This document shows, in pieces, positions 29,814 to 40,807 of a DNA stretch of 64,000 bases. The position numbers were made by a program, and so were the translations under genes. How positions within the stretch are numbered: the stretch's first letter is position 1; each line of letters starts with the position of its first letter. Under the pieces are notes generated by a model. It was not told the DNA's origin. It did not search any database and worked only from the letters and a program-made list of their open reading frames with translations. The DNA lies in NCBI GenBank assembly GCA_963798085.1, contig CAWCRS010000007.1:1792001-1856000 (forward strand), read 5' to 3'. Origin of the DNA: an uncultured Gemmatimonadales bacterium (GTDB lineage: Bacteria; Gemmatimonadota; Gemmatimonadetes; Longimicrobiales; RSA9).

Positions 29814-31157
29814 TCAACCGGTCTCCCTGCAGCTCTGCTTCACGCCCGACGCGCTGGCGCAATAAACAGTCTGTTCGGGCACAGCGTCCGGGGCGAGGCC
29901 GGCGCCGGTAATGGTGATGCGGACGAGGGGCCGGTCGTCCAGGGTGAGGCGCTGCACGCGGGCGCGGCGCGGGTAGGGGTTGGGGATGGCGCCGGTCGAC
30001 AGGATGCGCGCGGCGCGTTCCGCGAACTGGGCGGCGGATGCGTCGTCGTCCCAGATGCTGGTCCAGACGAGAGCCTGGCCGGCGGGCAGCTGCAACAGAC
30101 GGTAGCGATCGCCGTCCCAGCCAGTCCAGGGCCGTACCATGCTGCCCAGATGCGCCTCCAGGAAGATGCCTGTCTCCAGCGCGCCCAGCGTATTCTCGTA
30201 GACGACCTGCCCGCCGTCGTTGGCGTAGCGCAGCTCGGTGGGCGCATCGCGCTGGTTGATGAAACGCTCCACCGGGTCCAGCACCTGCTCCGTCGACTGC
30301 GGCAGCAGCGGACCCAGCGGCGCGGCGCGTTGCTGATCGCGCGGCGTGGTGCGCCACAGTGTCTGCACGAAGGAAGCGCCCGCCGCATAGGGAAACAGCA
30401 GCGTCTCCTGGATGATGCGCGGGGCCCGCTGGAACACCGCGTTATCGCCGCCGGTTTCGTCGGTGGGCCTGATCTGTGCACCCGGATCGGGCAGCGACAC
30501 CGGGTCCACGGGCTGACCGGTGGCGCGCTCCGCGGTCCAGTCCAGCATCACCAGGGTGGCGTGACCTTCGAGCGCCGCCTGTGCCGCCGACTGGCGGTCG
30601 TTCCCCCGCTTCGGCGAAATCAGGGAATCGAGATTCACGGTCTGGTCCTGCAACGCGTGCACCAGCTCGTGGGCCAGAATCGGCACGAGCAGGTCTGGCT
30701 TCGAGCCACGCACGACGTAGAGCTGCCGGGTCTCCGGGTCGTAGTAGCCGGCGATCTGCTCGCTGTACAGGTCGAGCAGCAGCGCGTGCAGGTCGAGCGT
30801 GTCGGGCAGCAGGCCGAGCAGGGCGTAGACATCGTGCAGCCCTTTCAGCTCGCTGGGCGGAAGATCGCGATCCAGCTGGCCGGCGACCCAGGCACGCACC
30901 TCCTCGCGCGAGCGCAGGGCCAGTGTAACGGGCTGTTTGGCCTGCAGGTGCGCAATGCGCGCGAGGGACGGCACCATGGTGTCCACCATGGCGCGCAGGT
31001 CGGCTTCGGTCAGCTCCGTCGTACGCGGCGCCTGCCCGCAGGCAAGGCCGGCCAGAACCGCCAGAGACACGAGCACTGTCGTGGCCAGGCGGGGTGCCCG
31101 AAGCCGCGTGCTGGCCTCCGCAAACGACGCGCAGCAGGCGTGCAGGCGTCGCCTCAT
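29814..31157 (-). CDS. Lipoprotein with putative zinc-metallopeptidase motif
   Basis: Lipobox GLAC; IAGYYDP, LAHELVHALQDQ, LEGHAT, LFPYAAG, PQSTEQVL, GWDGDRY. Confidence 0.75.
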   Translation of the reverse strand: MRRRLHACCASFAEASTRLRAPRLATTVLVSLAVLAGLACGQAPRTTELTEADLRAMVDTMVPSLARIAHLQAKQPVTLALRSREEVRAWVAGQLDRDLPPSELKGLHDVYALLGLLPDTLDLHALLLDLYSEQIAGYYDPETRQLYVVRGSKPDLLVPILAHELVHALQDQTVNLDSLISPKRGNDRQSAAQAALEGHATLVMLDWTAERATGQPVDPVSLPDPGAQIRPTDETGGDNAVFQRAPRIIQETLLFPYAAGASFVQTLWRTTPRDQQRAAPLGPLLPQSTEQVLDPVERFINQRDAPTELRYANDGGQVVYENTLGALETGIFLEAHLGSMVRPWTGWDGDRYRLLQLPAGQALVWTSIWDDDASAAQFAERAARILSTGAIPNPYPRRARVQRLTLDDRPLVRITITGAGLAPDAVPEQTVYCASASGVKQSCRETG

Positions 31158-31657
31158 GCCTGCGCCGTTCCGGTGAGCAGCTCGGTGCCGGGGAACAGGC
31201 GCTCAATGCGCTCGAAGCTGCCTTCTTCGAGGCGTTTCGCCAGGCGCTGGCCCGTTCCCGGGTGCATCAGCCAGGGATCCAGCTCTACCAGCGGCCGCAG
31301 CACGAACGCGCGGTCCATGAGCGCCGCGTGCGGTATCGTCAGATCGGATTGCAGCACGCGCAGGTCACCATAGAGCAGAATGTCGATATCGATGGCACGC
31401 GGTCCGTGGTGGAGAGCCGGCTCGCGCCCCAGTTCCTGCTCGATGCTCTTCAGCTGCTGGAGCAGCGCCGCCGGTCGCAGACTCGTGCGTATGCGAACCA
31501 CCATGTTCCAGAACTCCGGCTGCTCGACGGGGCCGACCGGCTCCGACTCGTATACGGCAGACACCGCCTCGATCGGGCCCAGCCGCAACAGCGCTCGCAG
31601 CGCGCCGGCGAGGTGAGCACGACGATCTCCGACATTGGACCCAAGGCCCAGATACAC
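31154..31657 (-). CDS. folK: 2-amino-4-hydroxy-6-hydroxymethyldihydropteridine diphosphokinase
   Basis: YLGLGSNVG, YESEP, GPRAIDIDIL, IPH, RAFVL; start uncertain (up to 31708). Confidence 0.95.
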   Translation of the reverse strand: MYLGLGSNVGDRRAHLAGALRALLRLGPIEAVSAVYESEPVGPVEQPEFWNMVVRIRTSLRPAALLQQLKSIEQELGREPALHHGPRAIDIDILLYGDLRVLQSDLTIPHAALMDRAFVLRPLVELDPWLMHPGTGQRLAKRLEEGSFERIERLFPGTELLTGTAQA

Positions 31658-31670
31658 GAGCGAGCTCGCC

Positions 31671-32018
31671 TCAGATGCGGCCGTAGCGATCCTCCAGCCG
31701 GACCACATCGTCCAGTTCCGCCGTCAATGCTTCGAGTACGTCCACATCGGTGACCGCTTCCATGCGGTGCACCGTGCCCGGTATCACGCGGTAGCTCTGA
31801 CCCTGCTCCAGCGGCACCTGGCTGAGGGCCCCGGCTGAAGGTCCAGCCCAGAAGCGCATGGCGCCGCTCAGCAGGTGGATGGTCTCGTCCTTTCGTTCGT
31901 GGTACTGCAGGGAGAGCGCGTGACCCGCCCGTATGTGCAGGATCTTGCCCACATAGCGGTCGGTCTCGGCCCAGATCAGCTCGTGTCCCCACGGCTTCTC
32001 GACGCGTCTCGGCGTCAT
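31671..32018 (-). CDS. Cupin domain protein (mannose-6-phosphate isomerase-like)
   Basis: VEKPWGHE, LSLQYHERKDET, PGTVHRM, DDVVRLEDRYGR. Confidence 0.88.
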   Translation of the reverse strand: MTPRRVEKPWGHELIWAETDRYVGKILHIRAGHALSLQYHERKDETIHLLSGAMRFWAGPSAGALSQVPLEQGQSYRVIPGTVHRMEAVTDVDVLEALTAELDDVVRLEDRYGRI

Positions 32019-32072
32019 TCGCTCTCCCCTGCCACCCCCGCGGCAACCGCGGGCGTCGGTAACGCGTGGTTA

Positions 32073-33320
32073 TCAGCCCGCCAGCACGACCTTCGCGAAG
32101 TGCCGCTTGCCGCGGCGCAGTACTGGCGGCGTCGCCGCATCGAGCGGCAGAAAGGCGTTGCGGTCCGTCACGCGCTCGCCGTTCACCGCAATGGCGCCTT
32201 CCTCGAGCAGACGCGCGGCTTCACTGTTCGATGCCGCGAGACCGGTGGCGACGAGCAGCCCGACGATCCAGGCGCCGCGCTCCGGCTGGTAGCGCAGTGC
32301 GGGATCCGCACTGTCGACACGCTTTTCCGGGACCTCGTCGGGCGCCGCGTGCTCGCGGAACAAGCGATCGAAATGCGCTTCCGCCTGCCCCGCCGCCGCC
32401 TCGCCGTGATAGAGCGCAGCGAGACGTCGTGCCAGTGCTCGCTTCGCGGTGTAGGGGTCGCGTGCCACCAGTGCCAGTGCTGCCTCGCGCTCGGCTGCAC
32501 TGATCGGCACTGCCAGGCGATACCACTCTTCGAGCAGCGCATCCGGAATGGACATGGTCTTGCCGAACATCTGCTCGGCCGGCTCCGTGATGCCAATGTA
32601 GTTGTCGTACGACTTCGACATCTTCTGCTCGCCATCGGTCCCGCGCAGCAGTGGCATGATGAGGCAGACCTGTGGTTCCTGCCCGTAGCGTTCCTGCACG
32701 GTGCGGCCGACCAGCAGATTGAACTTCTGGTCATTGCCGCCCAGCTCGACATCGGCGCGCAGCGCCACCGAGTCGTACGCCTGCATCAGCGGATACAGGA
32801 ACTCGAGCAGCGAGATGGACTCTCGCTCGGCGAAGCGCTTGGCGAAGTCATCGCGCTCCAGCATGCGCGCCACCGTGTACGTTGCCGTCAGTTCGAGCAG
32901 CTGGGCGAGGTCGAGTGGCGCCAGCCACTTCGAGTTGGGCTCGACGCGCGCCCGCTTCACATCGAGAATGCGACTCACCTGTTCCGTGTACGTCGCGGCA
33001 TTCGCCTCGATCTCCGCCGGTGAAAGGCGGGGGCGAGTCTCGCTGCGGCCACTGGGGTCCCCGACACGCGCCGTGTAGTCGCCCACCACGAACACGACGT
33101 CGTGACCCAGCTCCTGGAACGTACGCAGCTTGCGCATGGACACGGCGTGTCCAATGTGCAGGTCCGGGCGTGTGGGATCGAAGCCCTGCTTTATGACGAG
33201 CGGCCGCTGTTCGCGCCGGGCGCGCTCGAGCTTGCGCACCAGATCATCCTCCGGGATGATCTCGAGCGCGCCCGCCCGGATCGCATCCATTTGCTCATTG
33301 ACGCCAGCGAATTCAGGCAT
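32073..33320 (-). CDS. tyrS: Tyrosine-tRNA ligase
   Basis: GFDPTRPDLHIGH, YPLMQAYDS, ELGGNDQKFN, KMSKS, C-terminal S4 domain. Confidence 0.97.
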   Translation of the reverse strand: MPEFAGVNEQMDAIRAGALEIIPEDDLVRKLERARREQRPLVIKQGFDPTRPDLHIGHAVSMRKLRTFQELGHDVVFVVGDYTARVGDPSGRSETRPRLSPAEIEANAATYTEQVSRILDVKRARVEPNSKWLAPLDLAQLLELTATYTVARMLERDDFAKRFAERESISLLEFLYPLMQAYDSVALRADVELGGNDQKFNLLVGRTVQERYGQEPQVCLIMPLLRGTDGEQKMSKSYDNYIGITEPAEQMFGKTMSIPDALLEEWYRLAVPISAAEREAALALVARDPYTAKRALARRLAALYHGEAAAGQAEAHFDRLFREHAAPDEVPEKRVDSADPALRYQPERGAWIVGLLVATGLAASNSEAARLLEEGAIAVNGERVTDRNAFLPLDAATPPVLRRGKRHFAKVVLAG

Positions 33321-33404
33321 GCCGGAAAATAGCCGGCGGCGCGGGCCCCGCGCGAGGGCCTGGCTGGCGGCGCGTTAGGGGCGGCCGGCACGCCGTCACG
33401 CGGC

Positions 33405-34304
33405 TCACTGCATGGCGACGGCCAGCCGCGCGGCGCCCCGCGCGCCGTCCACATCGGCATCAAGGACGTGCAGGAAAGGCAACTGCTCGATGGCCTCGCG
33501 CACGCGCTCGCGCAGGGCTCTGCCGGGCGCCAGCAGCCCGCCGCCCAGCGCAACCGCGACGCTGCCGCTCCACAGCCCGAGCCGCCGGACAATGGCGTTC
33601 GCATGACTCGCCAAATGATTGGCGGCGTTCGCAACAATGTCTGCCGCCGTGGCATCAAACGCGGCGGCGTCGAGCACGAACGGCGCGAGGGCGGCAATGT
33701 CTGTGCGCGCGGCATGGTCCGTCCATCCGACCAGTCCGGTCGCTTCGGCCAGCTTCAGGTGTTCGACCAGGATCGACTCGAGCAACGTCTCGCGGCCGCG
33801 CAGATCGTGTCCGCGCGCCACGGCACGCAGCGCCGCGAGGCCAATGGCGAATGCGCTCCCCTCATCACCCAGCCGCGGACCCCAGCCACCGGCTCTGGCA
33901 GTACGTCCGTCGGGCGCGCGACCCCATGCGATGGAGCCCGTCCCCGAAAGGACCACAATGCCGGCGCCGCTACCGAAGGCGTCGAACAGCGCGGCTTCGG
34001 CGTCCGTCGTCACACGCACGTGCGCTGCAGGTGCGACCTTGACGATCGCGCGCTCGACCGCCAGCCGTTCCGTTTCCCGGCCCACGCCGGTCAGCGCGCA
34101 GCAGAGCGCGGCGGCGCTGTCGCTGCCGCTGCCGGCGAGCGCTGAACGCACGAGTGCACTCGCGGTGTCCGCCACACTCCGGGCATCGGCCTCACGAATG
34201 AGTGCGATCTCGCCTTCCGCGCGCGCCAGGGTGTGTCCGTCCTGATCCACCACCAGTGCTCTCGCCCGCGTCGCCCCGCCGTCCACTCCAACAAAAACCG
34301 CCAT
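33405..34304 (-). CDS. BadF/BadG/BcrA/BcrD family kinase (GlcNAc/MurNAc kinase-like)
   Basis: VGVDGGAT, GTGSIAWG, GGWGPRLGDEGSA; amino-sugar gene context. Confidence 0.88.
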   Translation of the reverse strand: MAVFVGVDGGATRARALVVDQDGHTLARAEGEIALIREADARSVADTASALVRSALAGSGSDSAAALCCALTGVGRETERLAVERAIVKVAPAAHVRVTTDAEAALFDAFGSGAGIVVLSGTGSIAWGRAPDGRTARAGGWGPRLGDEGSAFAIGLAALRAVARGHDLRGRETLLESILVEHLKLAEATGLVGWTDHAARTDIAALAPFVLDAAAFDATAADIVANAANHLASHANAIVRRLGLWSGSVAVALGGGLLAPGRALRERVREAIEQLPFLHVLDADVDGARGAARLAVAMQ

Positions 34305-34330
34305 GTTCGCCTCCAGCGAACGCCCGGAAA

Positions 34331-35800
34331 TCAGACGACTGCCGCTGCGCCCTTACGCATTCCTGCCGAAATCGATCCCGTCACGATCGTGATCACCGAA
34401 CCCAGCAGCGAGAACCAGAGCGTGTCGATGCGTTTGGGCATGGCGCCGAATTGCTGCGCGGCCCAGATCACGCCCATGACGAGCAGGGCAACGACCATGC
34501 CGAGAAGCGCGTCGCGCTGTGCGGCTCGCCTGGACAGCACGCCCAGCAGGAAGCCGCCCAGCAGACCACCGTATGTGAAGGATGCGATCTGCAGCGCAAT
34601 GACCACCACGGGTGTTCCCTGCCTGAGCAGCTGGAATCCCAGCGCACCACCGACCAGCACGACGGCCCAGAGCAGCGTGAGCCGGCGTCCCAGGCGCAGC
34701 ATGTACGCGTCATCACCCGTGCGTCCCGTCAGCGGACCCCATACATCATTGGCGAGCGCACTGGAGAGTGAGTTCAACGAGGAGGAAACGGTCGACATCA
34801 TGGCCGCGAGAATGCCAGCGAGCACGAGGCCGGACAGACCCGCAGGCAGGCCTTCGAGCAGGAAGCGCGGAAAGATCTCGTCGGGCGTCGTGAAGGCGAG
34901 GCCGTGGTAGTACGCGAACAGTGCAACGCCCACGAGCAGGAAGAGTGTGAACTGTACGATGATGACGATGCTGCTGCCGTTCAGCGCCCGTCGTGCCTCA
35001 CGCTCCGAACGCGCTGCCAGCAGTCGCTGCACGATCAGGTGATCCACGCCATGCGACGCCATGGACAGGAAAGCACCGCCCAGCAGGCCGGTGAGCAGCC
35101 AGCGCGCATCCGCAAAACCGCCTGTCAGGTGGAATACACGCAGCTTGTGGTCCGCGGCGGCGGCGGCACTGATGCCGGCCCAGCCGCCCGGCACACGCTG
35201 CAGCAGCACGATCAGCGCGCAGCAGCCGCTCAGCAGGTAGACGAACATCTGTACCACGTCCACCCACACGACCGCCCGCAGTCCACCAACCCAGGTGTAC
35301 GCCACCGTGACCGCGCCGGCGAGGAGTATGGCTTCCCAGTAGGGAATGCCGGTCACCAGGTGTATCGGAACCGCTGCCGCGAACATGCGCACACTGTCCG
35401 CCAGCGCACGCGTAACCATGAAGATAATGGAAGCAAAACGCCGCGTTAGTGCGCCGAAGCGTTCCTCGAGAAACGCATACGCCGTCACCAGCTCGCCGCG
35501 GAAATAGCGCGGCAGCAGCAGCACGCCCACGGCGAAGCGGCCAATGAGGTAGCCGAAGGCGAGCTGCAGGAACCAGAGGTCGCCCAGGTAGGCGGTGGCG
35601 GGCAGGCTGATGATCGTCAGTGCGCTGGTCTCCGTGGCGACGACCGAGAAGCAGATGGCCCACCAGGGCAGGCCTCGCCCGCCGAGGAAGTAGTCGCGGG
35701 CCGTGCGCTGGCGCCCGCCCAGCAGCACGCCCAAGGCGGTCACCAGTACCAGGTAGGCGACGATGACGCCGATATCGACGGCGCGGATCTGCCCGCTCAT
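34331..35800 (-). CDS. Sodium:solute symporter (probable amino-sugar or muropeptide uptake)
   Basis: DYFLGGR, SVVATETSALT, YTWVGGLRAVVWVDVVQ, HGVDHLIVQRLL. Confidence 0.92.
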   Translation of the reverse strand: MSGQIRAVDIGVIVAYLVLVTALGVLLGGRQRTARDYFLGGRGLPWWAICFSVVATETSALTIISLPATAYLGDLWFLQLAFGYLIGRFAVGVLLLPRYFRGELVTAYAFLEERFGALTRRFASIIFMVTRALADSVRMFAAAVPIHLVTGIPYWEAILLAGAVTVAYTWVGGLRAVVWVDVVQMFVYLLSGCCALIVLLQRVPGGWAGISAAAAADHKLRVFHLTGGFADARWLLTGLLGGAFLSMASHGVDHLIVQRLLAARSEREARRALNGSSIVIIVQFTLFLLVGVALFAYYHGLAFTTPDEIFPRFLLEGLPAGLSGLVLAGILAAMMSTVSSSLNSLSSALANDVWGPLTGRTGDDAYMLRLGRRLTLLWAVVLVGGALGFQLLRQGTPVVVIALQIASFTYGGLLGGFLLGVLSRRAAQRDALLGMVVALLVMGVIWAAQQFGAMPKRIDTLWFSLLGSVITIVTGSISAGMRKGAAAVV

Positions 35801-37714
35801 GCGCCCGCGGCGCCCGGCTCCACTCGCCGCGCGCCATCACCCGCGGTGCGCGCACGCTGCACGACAAACGCCTCGAGCGCGTGAAACTCGGGCAGCCCGA
35901 GCCGGTCCACGGCCGCTGCCGTGCCGCGGTTCCTCGCCTCCACGCGCTGCCAGAACTCGCGTTCGTCCCAGGCGCCCGGGAATGGCGCGGTATCCTTCTG
36001 CGACTGATGCTTGAAGATCGCGAGGATCTTGCGACGCACTCTTCACGCGACAGCGGTACCAGCACGCTTGCCTCGTGCACCGGCCACTCCTGCCAGGCGC
36101 CGCGGTACAGCCAGACCGACGGCGCGGCCCCGCCGTAGCGCGCGAGCGCGTGCTCGATGGCCTGCTTGCACTGGCGGTGCGTCCCGTGCGGGTCCGACAG
36201 GTCGCCCGCTACAAACACCACGTCAGGACGAACCTCCTCGAGCAGGGCCCGCACCAGGCTGACGTCTGCTTCGCCAACCGGATCCTTGCGTACCTTGCCC
36301 GTCTGGTAGAATGGCAGGTTGAGGAAGCGGCAGGCGGAGCGCGGCAGCCCCAGTGACTCGACGGCGCTGACTGCCTCGGCTTCGCGGATCTCGCGCTTGA
36401 GGTCCTGCACCTCAGGAATGTCGACATCACCCGGTTCCTTGCCGGCCAGAGCCGCTTCAATGCGATCCACCAGATCCGTCAGGCGGCCACCGCCCGAGCA
36501 CGTCACGATCCCGGCTGAAGCGCTCCATCAGGTCGAGGTAGCGGCGCACCTCGTGATCGAACACCGCAATGTTGCCGGAGGTCATGTACGCAACAACAAT
36601 GGCGTTGCCGACGTCGTGCAGCTTGCGCAGCGTTCCACCCATGCTGATCACGTCATCGTCGGGATGCGGGCTGAACACGATAATGCGGCGGCCGCGCGGC
36701 AGCGCCGGCGCATCCGCAATGCGCGCGGCGAGTCGGTCAAACACCCACTGGTTCAGCGCATCGGCACTGGGGTGACGCGACAGCAGGGCGCTGAGGTGAT
36801 GCTCGCGATAGTCCGTGGCGGTCAGCTTGAGAATGGCCGTCTGCGTTTCGGCGGACAGCCATATAACAGCCTGTTCGCTGAGCCCCGGCGACCATTCGAC
36901 ATCGGCGATCAGCCAGGGTGTCCTCACGCGCGTCAGCTCGCCCGCGGCGGCGCCATCCACCCAGAATGCCGCGTTGGCGTGCGCCTGCAGGTACGTGGCC
37001 GCCACCTCGTGCGACACATCGCCTTCCGCGCTGCGGCGGATGATGTCGGCCTTGTGCTCGCCCGTCGCGATGAGCGCAATTTCCCGTGCCTCCAGGATGC
37101 TGCCCACGCCCATCGTGATGGCCTCGCGCGGCACGTTCTCTTCGCCGAAGAAATCGGCAGCCGCGTCCTTGCGCGTGATGGTGTCCAGAGTGCACCAGAC
37201 GGGTGCGTGATGTGCGCGAGGAGCCCGGTTCGTTGAAGCCGATGTGTCCGGTCTTGCCGATGCCGAGAATCTGGAAGTCGATGCCGCCGGCCTCGTGGAT
37301 GGCGGCTTCGTATGCCTGGCAGTACGACTCGATCTGCGCGCGCGGCAGGTCGCCGCGCGGCATGTGCACGTGTTCTGCGGGGATGTCGATTGCGGCGAAC
37401 AGGTTTTCGCGCATGTAGCGCTGGAAGCTGTGGATGCTGCCCGGCGACATTGGGTAGTACTCGTCCAGGTTGAACGTGACCACGCTGGCGAAGGAGAGGC
37501 CTTCTTCGCGATGCATGCGGATCAGCTCGCGATAGATGCCGATGGGCGTCGAGCCCGTCGCCAGACCGAGCACGGCGGTGCGACCCGAAGCCGCGCGCTC
37601 CCGTATCAGCGCCTCGATACGCCTCGCCAGCAGCCGTGCCAGCGCATCGGTGTCATTGACGATGTGGACCGGAATCCGCTCCAGTCTCTGCGCCATGCCA
37701 TGGGGTTCATTCAT
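35797..37714 (-). CDS. nagB: Glucosamine-6-phosphate deaminase with C-terminal PIG-L/LmbE-like domain; about three frameshifts
   Basis: LGLATGSTP, TFNLDEYY, GIGKTGHIGFNEPGS, AITMGV; then SPHPDDDVISMGG, DPHGTH, IFKHQSQKD spread over successive frames. Confidence 0.9.
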
Positions 37715-40700
37715 CGGCGGCTGACGGGCTGATCGTGAATCGCGAGCTGAACCGCATTCCGCCAGTGCACGCCGCAGCGGCGCTATCAGCGGGTTATCAC
37801 GCGACGGATCCACGCGGTTCGTGAGCAGCACGAGAAACACGTCGCGCTCCGGATCGATCCAGAGACTCGTGCCCGTGAATCCGGTGTGGCCGAACGAGCG
37901 GCTGGAGAACCAGTCGCCGGCGGACGAGTTCGCGGATGGCGTGTCCCAGCCGAGCGCGCGACTCGACGCATCCGACGCGCGCTGCGTGAAGCGGCGCAGC
38001 GTACGCTCCTGCACCAGACGCACGCCACTCAGCGCGCCGCCATCGAGCAGCAGCTGCGCGAAGCCCGCCATATCGCGCGCCGAAGAGAAGAGACCCGCGT
38101 GGCCCGAGACGCCACCCATGGCAAAGCCGTTCTCGTCGTGTACGCGACCGTGCACGTGTGTCATGCGGAACACGGTATCGACTTCCGTCGGCGCGATGCG
38201 ACCGGTCAGGTCTTCCGCTGCCCTGCCATCGTGCATCGGGCTCGCCGGGTCCAGTGGGTTGAAGCCGGTTTCGCGCAACCCGAGTGGCGCCGCAATGCGC
38301 TGCTGGAAGAAGTCGTCCAGCGGTTCACCACTGATGCGCTCGACCAGGAAGCCCAGCAGCATTCCGCCCAGATCGCTGTAGACGGTCTTCGTGCCAGGCG
38401 GGTACTCGAGCGGTGTCGCGGCCACGCGCGCCAGGTACGCGTCCTTGCCGCGGGTATCCTTCCAGAGCGGTTCCCACGCCGGCAGCCCCGCGTCGTGCAG
38501 CAGAAGCTGACGCACGGTTACCGCGTTCTTCGCGGCGTCACCCTGCCATTCCGGTAGATAGCGCGCCACCGGTGCGTCCACGTCGAGCTTCTGTTGATCC
38601 ACCAGCATCATGATGGCGGTGGTGGTGGCTATTACCTTGGTGAGCGAGGCGAGATCATAAAGGGTCGAGTCGGTGACCCTGGCCGAGCCTGCTGCGCCAT
38701 CGACCTGCCCGTACCCGCGCAGCAGCACGAGTCTGCCATGCCTGCCGATGGCCACCGCGGCCCCGGGCGAGGCGCCTGCGCGCAAGGCCGCGCCGACGAG
38801 GCTGTCGACGCGCGCCTCCAGCCCCGCATCCATGCCTGCCGCAGCCGGCGCAGAACGTGGAAGTGCATCGTCGCCTGGAACATGAAGCATGCCGCTGGGG
38901 GAACCAGGCAACGCACCGGCCGCAAACGTGTGGCGTGCAGTGCCGCCCGCACCATGCAGCGTGTCGCGCGCACTCGCGGCCATTGTGATGCCCTCGCCCA
39001 GTGCGTGCCACGGCGGGATCGGGATGGGCAAACGTCCTGTTATGGGCGCGACTCCCGCCATGGCGCGAGCCGCGGCTTCCTGCGGGCCGGACCACTGTCC
39101 CCACGCCAGCAGGTATGTGCTGATGTCCGGGAACTGATTCAGCAGGTAGGGGCTGCCGAAGGACACCACGATCAATGGCTTTTCCCGCGCCAGCTCGCGC
39201 ACCAGCGCTGCCACCGGATCGGCGATGGAGAGGTCGCCACGGTAGGCGCCCACGCGTACGAAGGGCGCGAACACCACGACATCCGCATCAGTGGCACGCG
39301 TACGCAGGCTGTCCAGCTGTTCGGCGCTCACGGCCGCATCGATCACCGCGGTCGCGAGCGTACTCTCCGCGGGCGCCAGCGTCGCGTGGAATACGCGTCC
39401 GGCCATGACATTGATGTCATCGTGATAGACGATGCTGAGCACGTGCCGGCCGCGCACAGGCAGCAGAGCCTGGCGATCGCGCACCAGTGTGATGGCGCGC
39501 TCCGCTGCTTCCCTGGCAATGGCCACGTGCTCCGGCGTTGCCACGCGGAATGCGATGCTGTCCAGGTCCACGATGCGCTGGTGCTGCAGCCCCAGCCTTG
39601 CCTTGGCGCCCAGCACGCGGCGCACGGACTGGTCGATGCGCGCCTCCGTGATGCGTCCCTGTCGCACTGCGGCCACCACGGCGTCAATGGCGGAAGCGAC
39701 GTCGTCGGGCGGGATCTGCAGCAGCAGGTCGGCGCCGGCTTGCAGGGCGAGCACGGGCGCTTCGGTTGCGCCCCAGCCCTTCACAATGGCGCCCATATCG
39801 AGAGCATCCGTGATCACGATGCCATCGAAGTGCAGCGAGTCGCGCAGCAGTCCGGTGAGCAGGGCCGGATTCAACGTGGCGGGTGTGGTGTTGCCGGCCA
39901 GTGCGGGAAACGCAATGTGTGCGCTCATGATCCCGCTGACGCCCGCCCGGATGGCCGCGCGGTAGGGCGGCAGCTCGACCGTGTCCGCGCGGGCCGGCGT
40001 GACCGTGATAACAGGCAGTTCGATGTGGGAATCGGTACCCGTGTCGCCATGGCCGGGGAAATGCTTTGCGGTGGCCAGCATGCCGTTGTCCTGCAGGCCG
40101 TGGATCATGGCCGCAGCCATGCGCGAGACCAGGGCGGGGTCGGCGCCGAAGCTGCGGGTATTGATGATCGGGTTCGCGGGATTGTTGTTGACGTCGACGA
40201 CGGGTGCGAAGTCCATGTGCACGCCGATGGCGCGGCCTTCTTCCGCCGTGATGCGCCCCAGCTCTCCGGCGAGCCGCGTGTCGCCCGTCGCGCCCAGGCC
40301 CATGGCCGGCGGGAAGCGCACGCCGCCGCCGTTCTCCAGGCCGTACGGCAGCACGACGCCGCCGTTGAGCAGCTGGCCCGGCCCATCCTCCATGTCGGCC
40401 GTGATCAGCAGCGGTATGTCGGCCAGGCGCTGCAACCGGTTCAGCTTGGCTGCCGCTTCCATGGGCGGGCCGAGCGTTTCGATGAGGCCGCCCACGCCCA
40501 GCTGCTGCACCCACATCCTGACGCGCGCGTCTTCACGGCTGCCGGCTGGCAGGAAGGCGCCGCTCACGCGCGGCACCACCAGCTGCGCTACCTTGTGCGG
40601 CAGATCGAGGCGGGCCAGTGTTCGCTCGACCCAGGCCGCATCGGCGGGCGCGAGCATGTCCGTCGCGGGCGAGACCCCGGCAGGCGAGCGCCGCGGCGCA

Positions 40701-40795
40701 CAGCCGGCCACCACCAGCGTGGCCGCGAGCAGCGCGGAAAGGGCGGACGCGCCCGGCGCTGACGCGCCACCCTGCGTGCGGCGCACGTCGCTCAT
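37711..40795 (-). CDS. GH3 beta-N-acetylglucosaminidase fused to a serine hydrolase/beta-lactamase-fold domain (NagZ-AmiE-like)
   Basis: Lipobox VAGC; KHFPGHGDT..DSH, ITDALDM; LASLTK, YSDLG, GHTGFTG; removing one base near 37757 restores the end ..DAVQLAIHDQPVSRR-stop overlapping the nagB ATG. Confidence 0.9.
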
Positions 40796-40807
40796 GGTCG
40801 CAGTCGA

